44,601 bases of DNA from Octopus bimaculoides (taxonomy: Eukaryota): positions 144,167,165 to 144,211,765 of the forward strand of contig NC_068983.1 of the NCBI RefSeq assembly GCF_001194135.2, in the 5' to 3' direction. The notes under the pieces are model-generated. The model did no database searches. It saw nothing but the letters and a program-made list of their open reading frames with translations, and was not told the DNA's origin. Below are positions 11,707 through 23,062 of this stretch, in pieces; the first letter of the stretch is position 1, and every line of letters starts with the position of its first letter. The translations under genes and the position numbers were made by a program.

Positions 11707-11965
11707 CAGGCATGGTTAAGTGGTTAGGAAATCCGTTTCATCCTCATGTGGTTCATGCTGTTTCGGATTCGCTTCCACAGAATCGCGTGGGTATGTGTCC
11801 GTCACCATAGCCTTGGGACCTGCGTTCTGCTGAATCTGTTCGAGAATTACATTTAGATTACACGTGTCTGCGGAACACTCTGCCACTTATTCGCTAATCT
11901 ATTGGATAGCTAGTTCAGTGGATCGAGTCACCGAAATACACTTCCCAACGACGCTGACGGAGACC
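11707..11965 (+). mobile_element. Degenerate tRNA-derived SINE with family G body
   Basis: A-box-like ggcatggttaagtggttagg; the body gaattacatttagattacacgtgtctgcggaacactctgccactt resembles 32625-32750. Confidence 0.5.
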
Positions 11966-12459
11966 TGTGTACGTTTGATAATATTTTTACATGTATGTAT
12001 TTATGCGTATGCAATGTATATACTTGTATGAATGTATATAAATATGTACGCATGTATACGTTTGCATTTATCTATGTATATGTGTATGCATATAAGTATG
12101 CATGCATGTATATATATATATATATATANNNNNNNNNNNNNNNNNNNNNNNNNNNNNNNNNNNNNNNNNNNNNNNNNNNNNNNNNNNNNNNNNNNNNNNN
12201 NNNNNNNNNNNNNNNNNNNNNNNNNNNNNNNNNNNNNNNNNNNNNNNNNNNNNNNNNNNNNNNNNNNNNNNNNNNNNNNNNNNNNNNNNNNNNNNNNNNN
12301 NNNNNNNNNNNNNNNNNNNNNNNNNNNNNNNNNCACTCATATATGTGCATATATACACATGTATGTGGTCATATATACACATGTATGTGTGGCCTGTTCA
12401 TTTCCTTCGATTGTTTTTATCTACTTTTTCTGTGTCTTTTTATTTTGTCTCTTCTTCAG

Positions 12460-12518
12460 CGAGAAATGCAACATTGAATACAAAAACTGAAATATTTTTC
12501 CAAATAAATCATTTGTCG
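12460..12518 (+). CDS. Candidate internal exon (phase 1 in, phase 0 out): A RNATLNTKTEIFFQINHLS
   Basis: About 45-nt pyrimidine tract ending TTCAG, open in the phase left by exon 10342-10387, N-A-T sequon; the donor G|GTAAAA is only moderate. Confidence 0.3.
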
Positions 12519-13759
12519 GTAAAAGACAAACAAACTTGATATCTTTACGAATATTACAATAAAACTATACTGTTTTTCTTTTCTTTTATATTATAATCCA
12601 TTGCAACATGTTACTGTTGTATTTTCCAGAAATAGCGAAAAATTACTTCAAACTTTAGAAATTCGTTCAAAATTATTGCTCAGAATTATAAGGTGTTTCA
12701 TTGTTTATTGATAAACACAAATACTTTTTAGAGTTATGAAAATCCTTAAACTCTGTATTCATCTTTCAGTGACCCCGTCGTCACACACTGGCGACTTCAC
12801 TGGTTACTTCGAATAGATTGAAGTCGGGACTACATGCAAAGTAAATAGTCAACGAAACACATGAATCCTATTATATCTCATCTGCCTAGTGTGGTGATCT
12901 GTACGTATGCATTTGCAGCGAAGTAGATTCGGCAGCAGGCTTTTAAAAAGCAATTTGGTGGAGGAGAGGTAGCTGCCGTGACAAGAGTGAAATTGCTGAT
13001 CTGTTTTTACATCTGTTTAACGAGGTCATCTGTCCTCTCTTCTCTTGTTTTTCGTTTAACAAAATCATCAGATCTCTTTATGTAAGTTGTGTATGTAACC
13101 TGCTCATCTGCGACTTCTCCGTTCTTAATACCTGGAAAACTGTATCATTTGTCTCGTTATCTTTAAATCTGTTTGAAAGGATCAACTGCCCACTCTGCGC
13201 TCAATATTCAATTGGTATTGTTATATGTGCGCTGTATGATGGTTGTCCAGTGGACACAGAATCTTCGCTTATCTGCGCTGGATGTTTGTATGCAGGGCTG
13301 TGTTCGCTTTTCTGTATGTAAACATAGATAATATAAATATACAAATTAATATAAAAAAGAAATATGTATTCAGAATTCAAATTAAAAACAAAAAACAACA
13401 GTATATTTATAGAAATCTACATGTACACTTTTCTTCTATCATCTGCATTTCGGTTTATTTTTCTGAATAAGTCCCACATTCTCTGCAAAAGTGTCAAGTA
13501 ATTACTTCAAAACTTCGTCTATCGACTCGGATAATAGACCACGCGTAACTACAATACCGGTGAATAGCTTGACGCAACTGACAAACTTACGGGACATATT
13601 GTCGGTTATTCCTTTTGTTATTTTTCTTTTACACGATCCCTTTAGACCGGAATTTTTTTCCTCCTTTTTTTTTCTATTTCCTTCCTTTTTCTTTCAAAAA
13701 GAAAAGCCGTACATTGTATTTTGTCCCTTCTGTGTTTGGCCCTGTGTGGTTAATAAAGA

Positions 13760-13760
<1 letters not shown>

Positions 13761-13827
<67 letters not shown>
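13761..13827. repeat. (TCTA)n microsatellite
   Basis: Seen directly. Confidence 0.95.
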
Positions 13828-13828
<1 letters not shown>

Positions 13829-14284
13829 GCCACTCTGTCAACCTGTTCGTCTGTTTATGTATCTACGTGTGTGCATAAATTTTATACCAACACAACGTGT
13901 GTATGTGTAAACTTTATACCCCCACACACGTGTGTGTGTGTGTGTGTGCGTGTGTGTGCATTTATGTATATAAAAACAAGTATGCAGATAAACAAATTAG
14001 ACACAGCAAATATATTAAACGTGGTAAATTCATCAAATACAAAATATGCATATATGTATACATGCAAAACAAGAGAAAGCAAAAAGTGGGAACTTTCAAA
14101 TGATGAATATTTTTATATAAATATGTAGATATTTATATTAACAGGTCCTGCTTACACAGAGTACAAACGACAGAGAAAAAGGGGTGGAAGAAAGGTGTAA
14201 TATATACACACATGCCAATTTGTATTTATATGCATATGTACATCTATCTATCTTTCTATATATATATATATATATATATGTATA

Positions 14285-14323
<39 letters not shown>

Positions 14324-14363
14324 ACATGTATTATATATCTATAGCTACCTATCTATGTATATA

Positions 14364-14599
14364 CAGGTCGGCCCAAAAGTAGGTTTACAGTTATCACGTA
14401 GTCACTTTAAATTTCTTTTAAAACATTTTCTTACATTTAAATTTCTATCTTACAAACCGAAAAGAGAGCTTGACAAAATTAACTAAATTAGTATAGAATA
14501 ATGGTCTTATATTTTTTTTTATAATTAAGATCTAAAGTGTTAATATATGAATGCGAAAGAGATATTGAATAACTTTAAACCTACTTTTAAGTCACTCTG
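14364..14599. mobile_element. Tc1/mariner-type MITE, copy 2 (about 236 bp), inverted relative to copy 1
   Basis: CAGGTCGGCCCAAAAGTAGGTTTACAGTTA ... TAACTTTAAACCTACTTTTAAGTCACTCTG, TA at 14362-14363 and 14600-14601; the interior is the reverse complement of 2127-2338 plus roughly 25 extra bp. Confidence 0.9.
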
Positions 14600-15004
14600 T
14601 ATAATCATACATGTACATATACATAGATGCTTAAACACATATACAGGCAACAATGCATTTGTGTTATTAGTGGCACAGTGTATATGATAATGCAACCAGC
14701 GAGGTAAAGAAAACTGACTACGTTGGTTAGACTAAATATATATTGTATAAGATTACAGCTCCAGATTATAGCATTCCGTCATATAGTGTTACGTTCATGT
14801 AGTCCATATAGTCGGATAATCCTCTGACAGGACGGATTGGTGAAGCTACTAATTTTCCAAACTTTCTTAAAAGTTATACCACACAATGCTTCACCAAGAC
14901 TACCTCATTATATATNNNNNNNNNNNNNNNNNNNNNNNNNNNNNNNNNNNNNNNNNNNNNNNNNNNNNNNNNNNNNNNNNNNNNNNNNNNNNNNNNNNNN
15001 NATA

Positions 15005-15168
15005 TAGGTGCAGGCATAACTGTGTTAAGAAGCTTACTTCTCAACCGCATGGTTCTGGGTTCAGTCCCACTGCATGGCACCTTAGGAAGACGTCTTCTAC
15101 TATAGCTTCGGGCCGACCAAGGCCTTGAGAGTGGATTTGGTAGACGGAAATTGAAAGAAGCCCATCCT
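15005..15168 (+). mobile_element. tRNA-derived SINE head, module B (best preserved copy)
   Basis: GGGTTCAGTCCC B-box (15057-15068), then ggcaccttaggaagacgtcttctactatagc (CORE-like by recall) and gtggatttggtagacggaaattgaaagaagccc. Confidence 0.85.
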
Positions 15169-15915
15169 ATACGTACACCCCCGCCACATATATATGTTAA
15201 ATAAAATAAGATATACAAGAAATTAGATATAATGCAGAAAGTATAAAAGTATATCTCACCCTCTCCAGAGTAAATTCCTCTAAAAAAAATTGAACTCTAT
15301 TAATTCCTTCTACTGAAGCTCTTTTAACTCGTCTTTGACGTGATATTATTTATTTCCGTGAAACAGCTGTAAGACCACCTTTCTTTTTATAAATGTCCTA
15401 GGAATATCAAATTGCCTTGGCCTTGTTATGTTATTTTATTTAACATATACACGCTCACACACCATCTGCTTTAGACTCCTCACATATACTATTATCGAAC
15501 CGGGAGCTTAACAGCGGTCCTTCCATAGCACTTACACAACTTTATCTGCCGTTTGGGTCTTCTGGGTAAAACATCTCTGCTTTGCGGGAAGGACTGTTTC
15601 AACGAAGTCACGTATTGTCCTTGCCTTCGAAAAGCGGAGTAGATGAAACAGGGACAACTGACGAAGGGGTATACTCTTTATGTTGCATGTCACGTTTCTC
15701 TATTTGTTTTTCTTATTGTTTGAAAAAAAAATTCGTTTACTATGTTTTCGTTTCTCATTGTGTTTAATGTTTTTTTCATGTCCTGTACCCATATATACAT
15801 GTATATACACATATATAGGTAGGTATGTACATATATGTATGGATATATGCATATATTTATATATTATTTATATTATTATATGATCGAATGCCACGCATCC
15901 GTTTCCAAGTAAGTT

Positions 15916-15917
<2 letters not shown>

Positions 15918-15982
<65 letters not shown>
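15918..15982. repeat. (TCTA)n microsatellite
   Basis: Seen directly. Confidence 0.95.
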
Positions 15983-15984
<2 letters not shown>

Positions 15985-16535
15985 CATTTAAATATATGCA
16001 AATATGCATGTGTGTACCCGTGCGCGAGTTTTTATACGGTGCAAGTCAACTCGTGACCGAGTAAGACCACTTCCTACACACAGTAAGTCTGTGCAAACAT
16101 TCTGGGAGTCCAAAAAGGTTCCTGTGCGTGAATTTGTTTTGAGTGGATAAAATGTTGCACAACAATAAACCCTCTTATCGGCGCAATCAGCTATGAAACC
16201 AGTGGCACAACAGAGTTTGAGACAACCAAAAGCCTATTGCACTTCGGGTATTTTTTCACATGAGTTTAGCATCTCCTAGAAGGAAATCCCAACGGGAACT
16301 AGGAGTTCTTTACTCCCAGTAATTCGCATACTATTCAACCCATAGCTGGGACTCTCAAGGTGCTACTACTCCAAGTCAGTGTAGACCTGGGAACAATAAA
16401 GACTGAAAGGTAGTTCTACACTCCTCAAACCCTTTGAATTCCTGAACCAGAGCCTCACTACCAGATATAGTTTAAAGTCACATCCAGAACACGTTTGTTT
16501 CAACATACATACATACATACATACATACATACATA

Positions 16536-17039
16536 ATCAGCTGCCCAGTGGATATTAACATTAAGCTGAAGATCAATGAAAAAGAGAATACCTACGCTGA
16601 ACTATTGTAGTTACTCTATCCAGATTACAAGTTCAGATTTATATCTGTAATTATTGGGGTAGTGAGATATGTAATACACTGCCCAAGTACCAATCTTGAG
16701 AAATTAGGCTTCTCAAAACCAGAAAAGAGAAAGCTGATTCAAAGACTACAGATCCAATCCATCACGGGAACTGTAAAAATCTCTACAAGTTTCCAGAAGT
16801 TTATCATTTAAGTATATATGAACATGTTTTGATATGGGAGTATATGCATGAGAAGACATACAAAACTCAAAACATACAAATTTGCGCATATACATACAGA
16901 CATGCAAAAATACCCTGTTGTTGATATTGAAATTCCAATGAAGAAGCCTTGGATCTAGGTTAGAAACCGGCTTTTCTTCTATTGGCAAGCAATCTTGAAA
17001 TAAACTGAATAATTACATACATACATACATACATACATA
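16536..17039 (+). mobile_element. 5'-truncated R4/Dong-like retrotransposon 3' end (RLE C-terminus + 3' UTR + (TACA)n tail)
   Basis: ISCPVDINIKLKINEKENTYAELL*LLYPDYKFRFISVIIG...LEKLGF...LQIQSITGTVKI, homologous to 17040-17607; preceded by (CATA)8 and followed by (TACA)6. Confidence 0.85.
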
Positions 17040-17695
17040 GGAAGACATCACATGTGATTAGCAGCTGCCCCAAAATGTCATGAAGGTGCTACCTCCTTAT
17101 GCGACATGACGTTGTTGCAAAAACAATATGCGATGCCATTCAGAAAAAAAGATTATTCTGGAATGAATATAGATAATCCCCCTATTATTGAATATGAACA
17201 CATATATCAGCACAATGAATACTGATGGAATATTCCCATCAAAATATTTATCAAATGTAAGCATAACAGGCCGGATATTGTTGTTTGCGACAAACAGAAA
17301 AAAAATATGTACTGTCATAGAGGTCAGCTGTGCTACTGATGTGAACATCTCTTTGAAAATCAAAGAGAAAGGAAATAGCTATGGACAAGTGCTTCGAAAC
17401 CTCCATCTTCTATATCCGAATTACAAATTTACATTTATATCAATAATAATTGGAACACTTGGTTTTGTAAGTAAATGCCTAACTGTCAGTCTGGATAAGC
17501 TTGGATTTTCGGATAAAGAAATCAACCGACTGATTCACACATTACAAATACAATCTGTAAGTGGAAAAGTAAAACTATGCAAGACTTTTCTCGGCTTTAA
17601 AATGTAACATTACTTTCGTAATCTTCATTCCAAAGACGGAGCTTTGAATCTTCGTTACAAAGAATTTAAATGATTACAAACAGAAGTGACATACG

Positions 17696-17705
<10 letters not shown>
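17040..17705 (+). mobile_element. 5'-truncated R4/Dong-like retrotransposon (zinc-knuckle remnant + RLE), second subfamily
   Basis: EDITHVISSCP...YLLMRHDVVAK, KHNRPDIVV...CTVIEVSCATDVN...LLYPNYKFTFISIIIGTLG...GKVKLCKTFLGFKM* (stop 17605-17607), ending in gacatacgtacatacat. Confidence 0.88.
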
Positions 17706-17734
<29 letters not shown>

Positions 17735-17755
17735 NNNNNNNNNNAGTGACATACG

Positions 17756-17797
<42 letters not shown>

Positions 17798-17919
17798 ATT
17801 CATACACACACGTATATGTATATCATTTGTATATACATTTATAAACATATATACATGCACGTGTTCATATATAAATACACACACACACACACACAGACAC
17901 ACACACACACATATGTATG

Positions 17920-17954
<35 letters not shown>

Positions 17955-18702
17955 GTAAAGCAAATAAGTAACAAGAATGTCAAGGCAGTACTGCATTATG
18001 GCCGTTTCAGGCGACTCCATTTAATCGAACAATGCAAGAATTACATCAATTTGAAATACACCGACATTTTCGGAAGCATAATATAGGTTTTCAACATACA
18101 AGATACTCGATTATAATTTTTAGCAAATGTTTCATTAGAATTAGAGAATGAAAGAATTACATACTGCTATTATAGTAGCAGAATGAAATTAGAGAGACAA
18201 TACCCCTTGGAGTGGCAAAAGAGAATAACAAATACATTGACATCCTTGCTACCTATTTGCTTTTTGTTCATCTTACTTCGAGCTGTGCGGATAATACCGG
18301 ACGGACTTGGTGCCTAAACATTGGTACCTAATTCAACTGAAACTTAATTATATNNNNNNNNNNNNNNNNNNNNNNNNNNNNNNNNNNNNNNNNNNNNNNN
18401 NNNNNNNNNNNNNNNNNNNNNNNNNNNNNNNNNNNNNNNNNNNNNNNNNNNNNNNNNNNNNNNNNNNNNNNNNNNNNNNNNNNNNNNNNNNNNNNNNNNN
18501 NNNNNNNNNNNNNNNNNNNNNNNNNNNNNNNNNNNNNNNNNNNNNNNNNNNNNNNNNNNNNNNNNNNNNNNNNNNNNNNNNNNNNNNNNNNNNNNNNNNN
18601 NNNNNNNNNNNNNNNNNNNNNNNNNNNNNNNNNNNNNNNNNNNNNNNNNNNNNNNNNNNNNNNNNNNNNNNNNNNNNNNNNNNNNNNNNNNNNNNNNNNN
18701 NN

Positions 18703-18761
<59 letters not shown>

Positions 18762-18899
18762 ATATGTATTTGTGGGTGTGTGCATGTGTGTGTATATACA
18801 TACATGCATATTTGTATGTACGTGTGCATGTGAGTGTATGCTATTCTATTTGTTAAATGAAAGTGGGGAGTTATGAAAGATCTCTCAACCAACAAACCT

Positions 18900-19190
18900 T
18901 GCTACTGATAACACATATTCTTGTTCAACACATATACTTCTTCTATGGATGGTAAGCCAGGGATCATTCTAAATAATTTTCATTTCCTTTTTTTTGATCA
19001 TTCTAAGTGCTCCTACAATCGTTGGTGTTCTAACCGTCTTGAGATGCCAGTTTTTTCGATTTAGATGAGCAAATCTTTATATCTTCTAAGCTTGTCAAAT
19101 TCTTTTGCGGAGATATTATGGTCACAAGGAATGCTCGTGTCGATCAATAAGCAAACTTCATTGTTTTGGTCTTTCACAGTCTTAGCTTCG
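18900..19190 (-). mobile_element. R4/Dong-like RLE C-terminal fragment
   Basis: Minus strand: VKDQNNEVCLLIDTSIPCDHNISAKEFDKLRRYKDLLI*IEK..WHLKT..TIVGAL..IKK..MIPGLPS. Confidence 0.8.
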
Positions 19191-19202
19191 ATGATTGTCT
19201 GT

Positions 19203-19203
19203 T

Positions 19204-19243
<40 letters not shown>

Positions 19244-19250
19244 CCATCAT
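19203..19250. repeat. (ATC)n microsatellite
   Basis: Seen directly; source of the poly-H and poly-I ORF segments. Confidence 0.95.
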
Positions 19251-19253
19251 TCT

Positions 19254-19310
19254 GCGAGCTGGCAGAATCGTTAGCGCGCTGGTCGAAATGCTTAGCGGGT
19301 GTTTTGCCCT
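19254..19310 (+). mobile_element. SINE family C 5' head
   Basis: gcgagctggcagaatcgttagc...gaaatgcttagcgg matches 7258 and the reverse complement of 36030-36050. Confidence 0.65.
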
Positions 19311-19311
19311 T

Positions 19312-20340
19312 ATAATTCCCACTCTCTACCGAAGTGATGCTATCGTCCACGTATTAACTGCTTGGATTTTATTCCATCCAGTTAATTTTGAGCGCAACAC
19401 TAACCTCAGTCTTCGGAAATACTCCATCCTCAGTTGCTCTTTCACTTCCTTTTCCATCATCTCGTTGACCTCTCGTACACCAAGGTATTTGTATCCTTCC
19501 GTTTCAATTTGTTTAAAGAAGTCTCTATTCAGTAAGTCTATTTCTGCTAGGGACTGTACCTTACATCTTTTTAGGTAGATTATTCCGCACATCTTGAGTT
19601 CAAATTCCATTCTAATATCAGTACTAAACCAGTGGTCTGTATTCACCAAGGAACTCACTTCTGTCTCATATTTGCCATACAGTTTCAAATCATCCATGAA
19701 GTGGAGGTGGTTGATTGTTTGGGATTTTCCCTTTAGTTGTTACCCCAGGTTCATTTTCCTAAGTACGAAGGTCAGGGGTATCATGCAGAGATCGAAAAGT
19801 AACGGAGATAGGTTATCACCCTGGAAAATCCATCTTCCAGTACCCAGGGTGCCCAAGCTTTTTCCGTAAGATGTCAGTTTAGTTTTCCATCCCACCATAC
19901 TTCTCCTGAGGAAAAACGTTACATTTCTCGCAATTCTAAGCAGATCTTGGCACTCGATGATCCACGACTGTAGAATCAATATCATAAGCTTTGCGATAGT
20001 CAATCCAGGCCATTCCCAGATTTGTTCGCCTTCGTTCACAATCTTGCATTACCGTTTTGTCTATCATTAGTTGATCTTGGGTAACTCTGCATCTCAATCT
20101 ATAGCCTTTTTCTTCCGGCGCTAATATATCGTTTCCATCAAGAAATTTATACAGTTCTTCTGCAATTTCTCCTGACAGTAACTTCCACATTAATGGGAGG
20201 CAGGAAATTGGTCTGTAATTGTCAGCAGCATTTCCCTTTGATGCATCCTCCGGGCACAACACCGTTCGTCCTTTTGTCAATTAGCCCGGGATTTCTTCCT
20301 CTCCGTTGATCAATGCATTAAATTGCTCTGCGATCAATTT
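19312..20340 (-). mobile_element. R4/Dong-like reverse transcriptase fragment (frameshifted)
   Basis: [95 protein letters not shown] across three minus-strand ORFs. Confidence 0.93.
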
Positions 20341-20421
20341 ATGGCAACTACTAAACATTTTTTTATCCAAAACCTCTGTACACCGTCAGGGTTTCGGATA
20401 AAAAAGTTTAGTAGTTGCCAT
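20341..20421. other. 81-nt near-perfect hairpin (arms about 33 bp, loop about 14 nt)
   Basis: ATGGCAACTACTAAAC-a-TTTTTTTATCCAAAACC pairs with GGGTTTCGGATAAAAAAGTTTAGTAGTTGCCAT; the terminal 16 bp pair perfectly. Confidence 0.9.
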
Positions 20422-20518
20422 TATTATTATTATTATTATTATTATTGTTATTGTTATTGTTATTGTTATTGTTATTGTTGTTGTTGTTGTTGTTATTATT
20501 ATTATTATTATTATTATT
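20421..20518. repeat. (TTA)n/(TTG)n compound microsatellite, the (TAA)n tail or target of the adjacent Dong-like copy
   Basis: Seen directly. Confidence 0.95.
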
Positions 20519-21070
20519 GTTCAGTAGTTTTATTTTTATAACGTGCTTTCACTTCACTACCGAGCGCAGCTCTGTGCGCCTTGGGTATGTGCTGTGGTTT
20601 GCTGTGGTGCTCTTATGTTTACTGTATTGAAAGTGTTTTGCGTAGAATGTGTGCAGTACCCAATAGTGCAATTTTCTGTATGTTATATATATTTGTAAGT
20701 CCTGGTGTTTTTGTTATGTATTTGTCTGAATATTTTTTTATTATACCTAAGGCACCTACTATGATAGGAATTGTTTCTGTTTATAGATTCCACATTCGAG
20801 TTACCTCTATTTCCAGGTCTTTGTATTTTGAAAGTTTTTCCATTTCTTTTAGAGAAACGTTGTCATCTGCTGGTATTGATACATCAATTAGAAAGCATGT
20901 TTTTCTTCATCATCTTTGACAACTATATCTGGTCTATTTGCCTTAATTTCTCTATCTGTGTGTATTGGCATATCCCAGAGTATGGTTGCTTTCTCGTTTT
21001 CTGTGACCTTTTCTGGCGTGTGTTTATACCATCTTTTTTCTGTTGTTATTCCATAGTGTTGACATAGCTT
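20519..21070 (-). mobile_element. 5'-truncated Dong-like retrotransposon (RLE + 3' UTR) ending in (TAA)n
   Basis: KLCQHYGITTEKRWYKHTPEKVTENEKATILWDMPIHTDREIKANRPDIVV...FLIDVSIP...KYKDLEIEVTRMW...IVGALG...LLGTAHILRKTLSIQ* (stop 20621-20619). Confidence 0.93.
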
Positions 21071-21512
21071 TATATTTATGATGTACTTTCACTGCACTAC
21101 CGAGCGCAGCTCTGGTGCCTTGCGTATGTACTGTGGTTTGTTGAGGTGCTCTTATTCTCACTGTTTTGAAAGTGCTTTATGTAGGATGTGCGCAGTGCCC
21201 AGTAGTGCTATTTTCCGTATGTTATATACATTAGCATGTCCTGGTGTTTTGGTTATGCCTTTGTCTGAATGTTTTCTTTTTATCATACCTAATGCACCTA
21301 CTATAATAATAATTATTTCTGTTTTTAGGCTCCACATTCTAGTTACCTCTATTTCCAGATCTTTTTATTTTGAAAGCTTCTCCGTTTCTTTTAGAGAAAT
21401 CTTATCATCTGTTGATATTCATATACCGATCGGAATGTTTTTTTTTCTTGGTGATCTCTGACAACTATATCCAGCTAATCGGCTTTCATTTCTCTATCTG
21501 AGTGTATTGGCA
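21071..21512 (-). mobile_element. Older, more decayed copy of the same Dong-like 3' end, in tandem
   Basis: Colinear with 20530-20965 (ctaccgagcgcagctctg, tcctggtgtttt, ttacctctatttccag, gacaactatatc), with many substitutions. Confidence 0.88.
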
Positions 21513-23062
21513 TAGAATAAGCGCTCTGAGTAGCAATTTTATAGAATATAATTCATGAGAATATTGGGTAGTAAGTGAAATATGTTACAATAAGCTGATT
21601 CTGCTTGATAATTACGTTACTAGGTACAAGTATGTATGGAATGGTCGCCCACTTACATGTTAATTGTAAAGGATATAGTTCCCTTGTTTGAACATGTGAA
21701 TCCACGTCGTTCATCACACACACAAACGCACATATACACACACAAACACTAACACAAACACAAACACACAGAGTTACCCCCATAAATATTTGCCACGTCG
21801 TTAATGTTTCGAATACTTTTTTATCCGTTATAAAAAAAAAAAGAAATTTAGAGCAAGTGAAATCGGGTTGGGGGCGAATTCTTAAATAAAATTCTGAATT
21901 GACACTTTTTATTGACTCAAACGTATTTTCCAGTATATAAAGTTAATGTTTTAAACGTTTTTACGATATAAATTTTATTTCCAGTTCATAAAAATTTTTT
22001 CTGATTCCATACTTCAAATAAGATTACGTCAGGTAGAAATTGCCTAAGCTGTTCAGACTATTTTTCACTATTCATTTAAAAATGTGTATCTATCTATATA
22101 TAATGTATACATGCGTCAATATATATATATATATACTAGGCTATATTGGATAGTATAATATACTTTAAGTAACGTAGCATCTAATTGTTAACCGAAAGTA
22201 TATTTTACGACAAATATAAATCATTATGTCTCTGTAGACAGTATGCTTGCGGTTAGAAATAAAAGCAAGAGATATCATTGGGTACATGTCAATATCGGTG
22301 TTTCTTCAGCGGCTGTCCACCTTCCTTAAGTGCATGCTAATACACTGCTTTTATATGCATTGATATTAGTGACTGAATTAAACTGATTAGACCAATTTGC
22401 ATGTTCAACACTTTCTTGCTACAAGTACGAAAATCATGTCACTGCTGTATTAACTATGATAATATGTCCCGTTGATTTTTATGGATATATACGTATAAAT
22501 GCTTAGATAAATATGTGTGTGCGTGTATATATATATATATATATATATCCCTCTCGGGTCCGTGCCTCATTGCGTTCTTACACACATAATTTTTCTCGTC
22601 TGGCCGTAAAGCCTTTTCTGTTTGTTTTTTGTCCGCCACTACATTCCTCCATGGCTAGATTTAATTTGCGTATACAAATTTAATCTGCGATCCNNNNNNN
22701 NNNNNNNNNNNNNNNNNNNNNNNNNNNNNNNNNNNNNNNNNNNNNNNNNNNNNNNNNNNNNNNNNNNNNNNNNNNNNNNNNNNNNNNNNNNNNNNNNNNN
22801 NNNNNNNNNNNNNNNNNNNNNNNNNNNNNNNNNNNNNNNNNNNNNNNNNNNNNNNNNNNNNNNNNNNNNNNNNNNNNNNNNNNNNNNNNNNNNNNNNNNN
22901 NNNNNNNNNNNNNNNNNNNNNNNNNNNNNNNNNNNNNNNNNNNNNNNNNNNNNNNNNNNNNNNNNNNNNNNNNNNNNNNNNNNNNNNNNNNNNNNNNNNN
23001 NNNNNNNNNNNNGTGTGTGTGTGTATGTATTGTGTGTGTATGTGTTTGTGTGTGTGTGTGTG

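Noticed and set aside
13201-13312. Minus-strand possible terminal exon KSEHSPAYKHPAQ...PIEY* after tttacatacAG
   Set aside because: Plausible acceptor but no partner exons or recognisable homology, and it is antisense to the better-supported plus-strand model.
15005-15075. tRNA-like A/B boxes here and at 2898, 11707, 24960, 40600 and 41340
   Set aside because: No cloverleaf, acceptor stem or anticodon arm can be formed; they are SINE heads, not tRNA genes.
15615-15700. CTGACGA and GAAAC suggesting a hammerhead ribozyme
   Set aside because: Order and spacing of the core elements do not fit any hammerhead topology; no GAAA follows stem II.
16936-16985. TGAAGA...GAAAC hammerhead-like motif in the retrotransposon 3' UTR
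   Set aside because: The conserved C of CUGA and the UH cleavage triplet are absent; treated as an ordinary 3' UTR stem-loop.
17686-17790. Direct repeat of agtgacatacgtacatac(at)n across a 10-N gap
   Set aside because: Typical overlap of unmerged contig ends, not a biological duplication.
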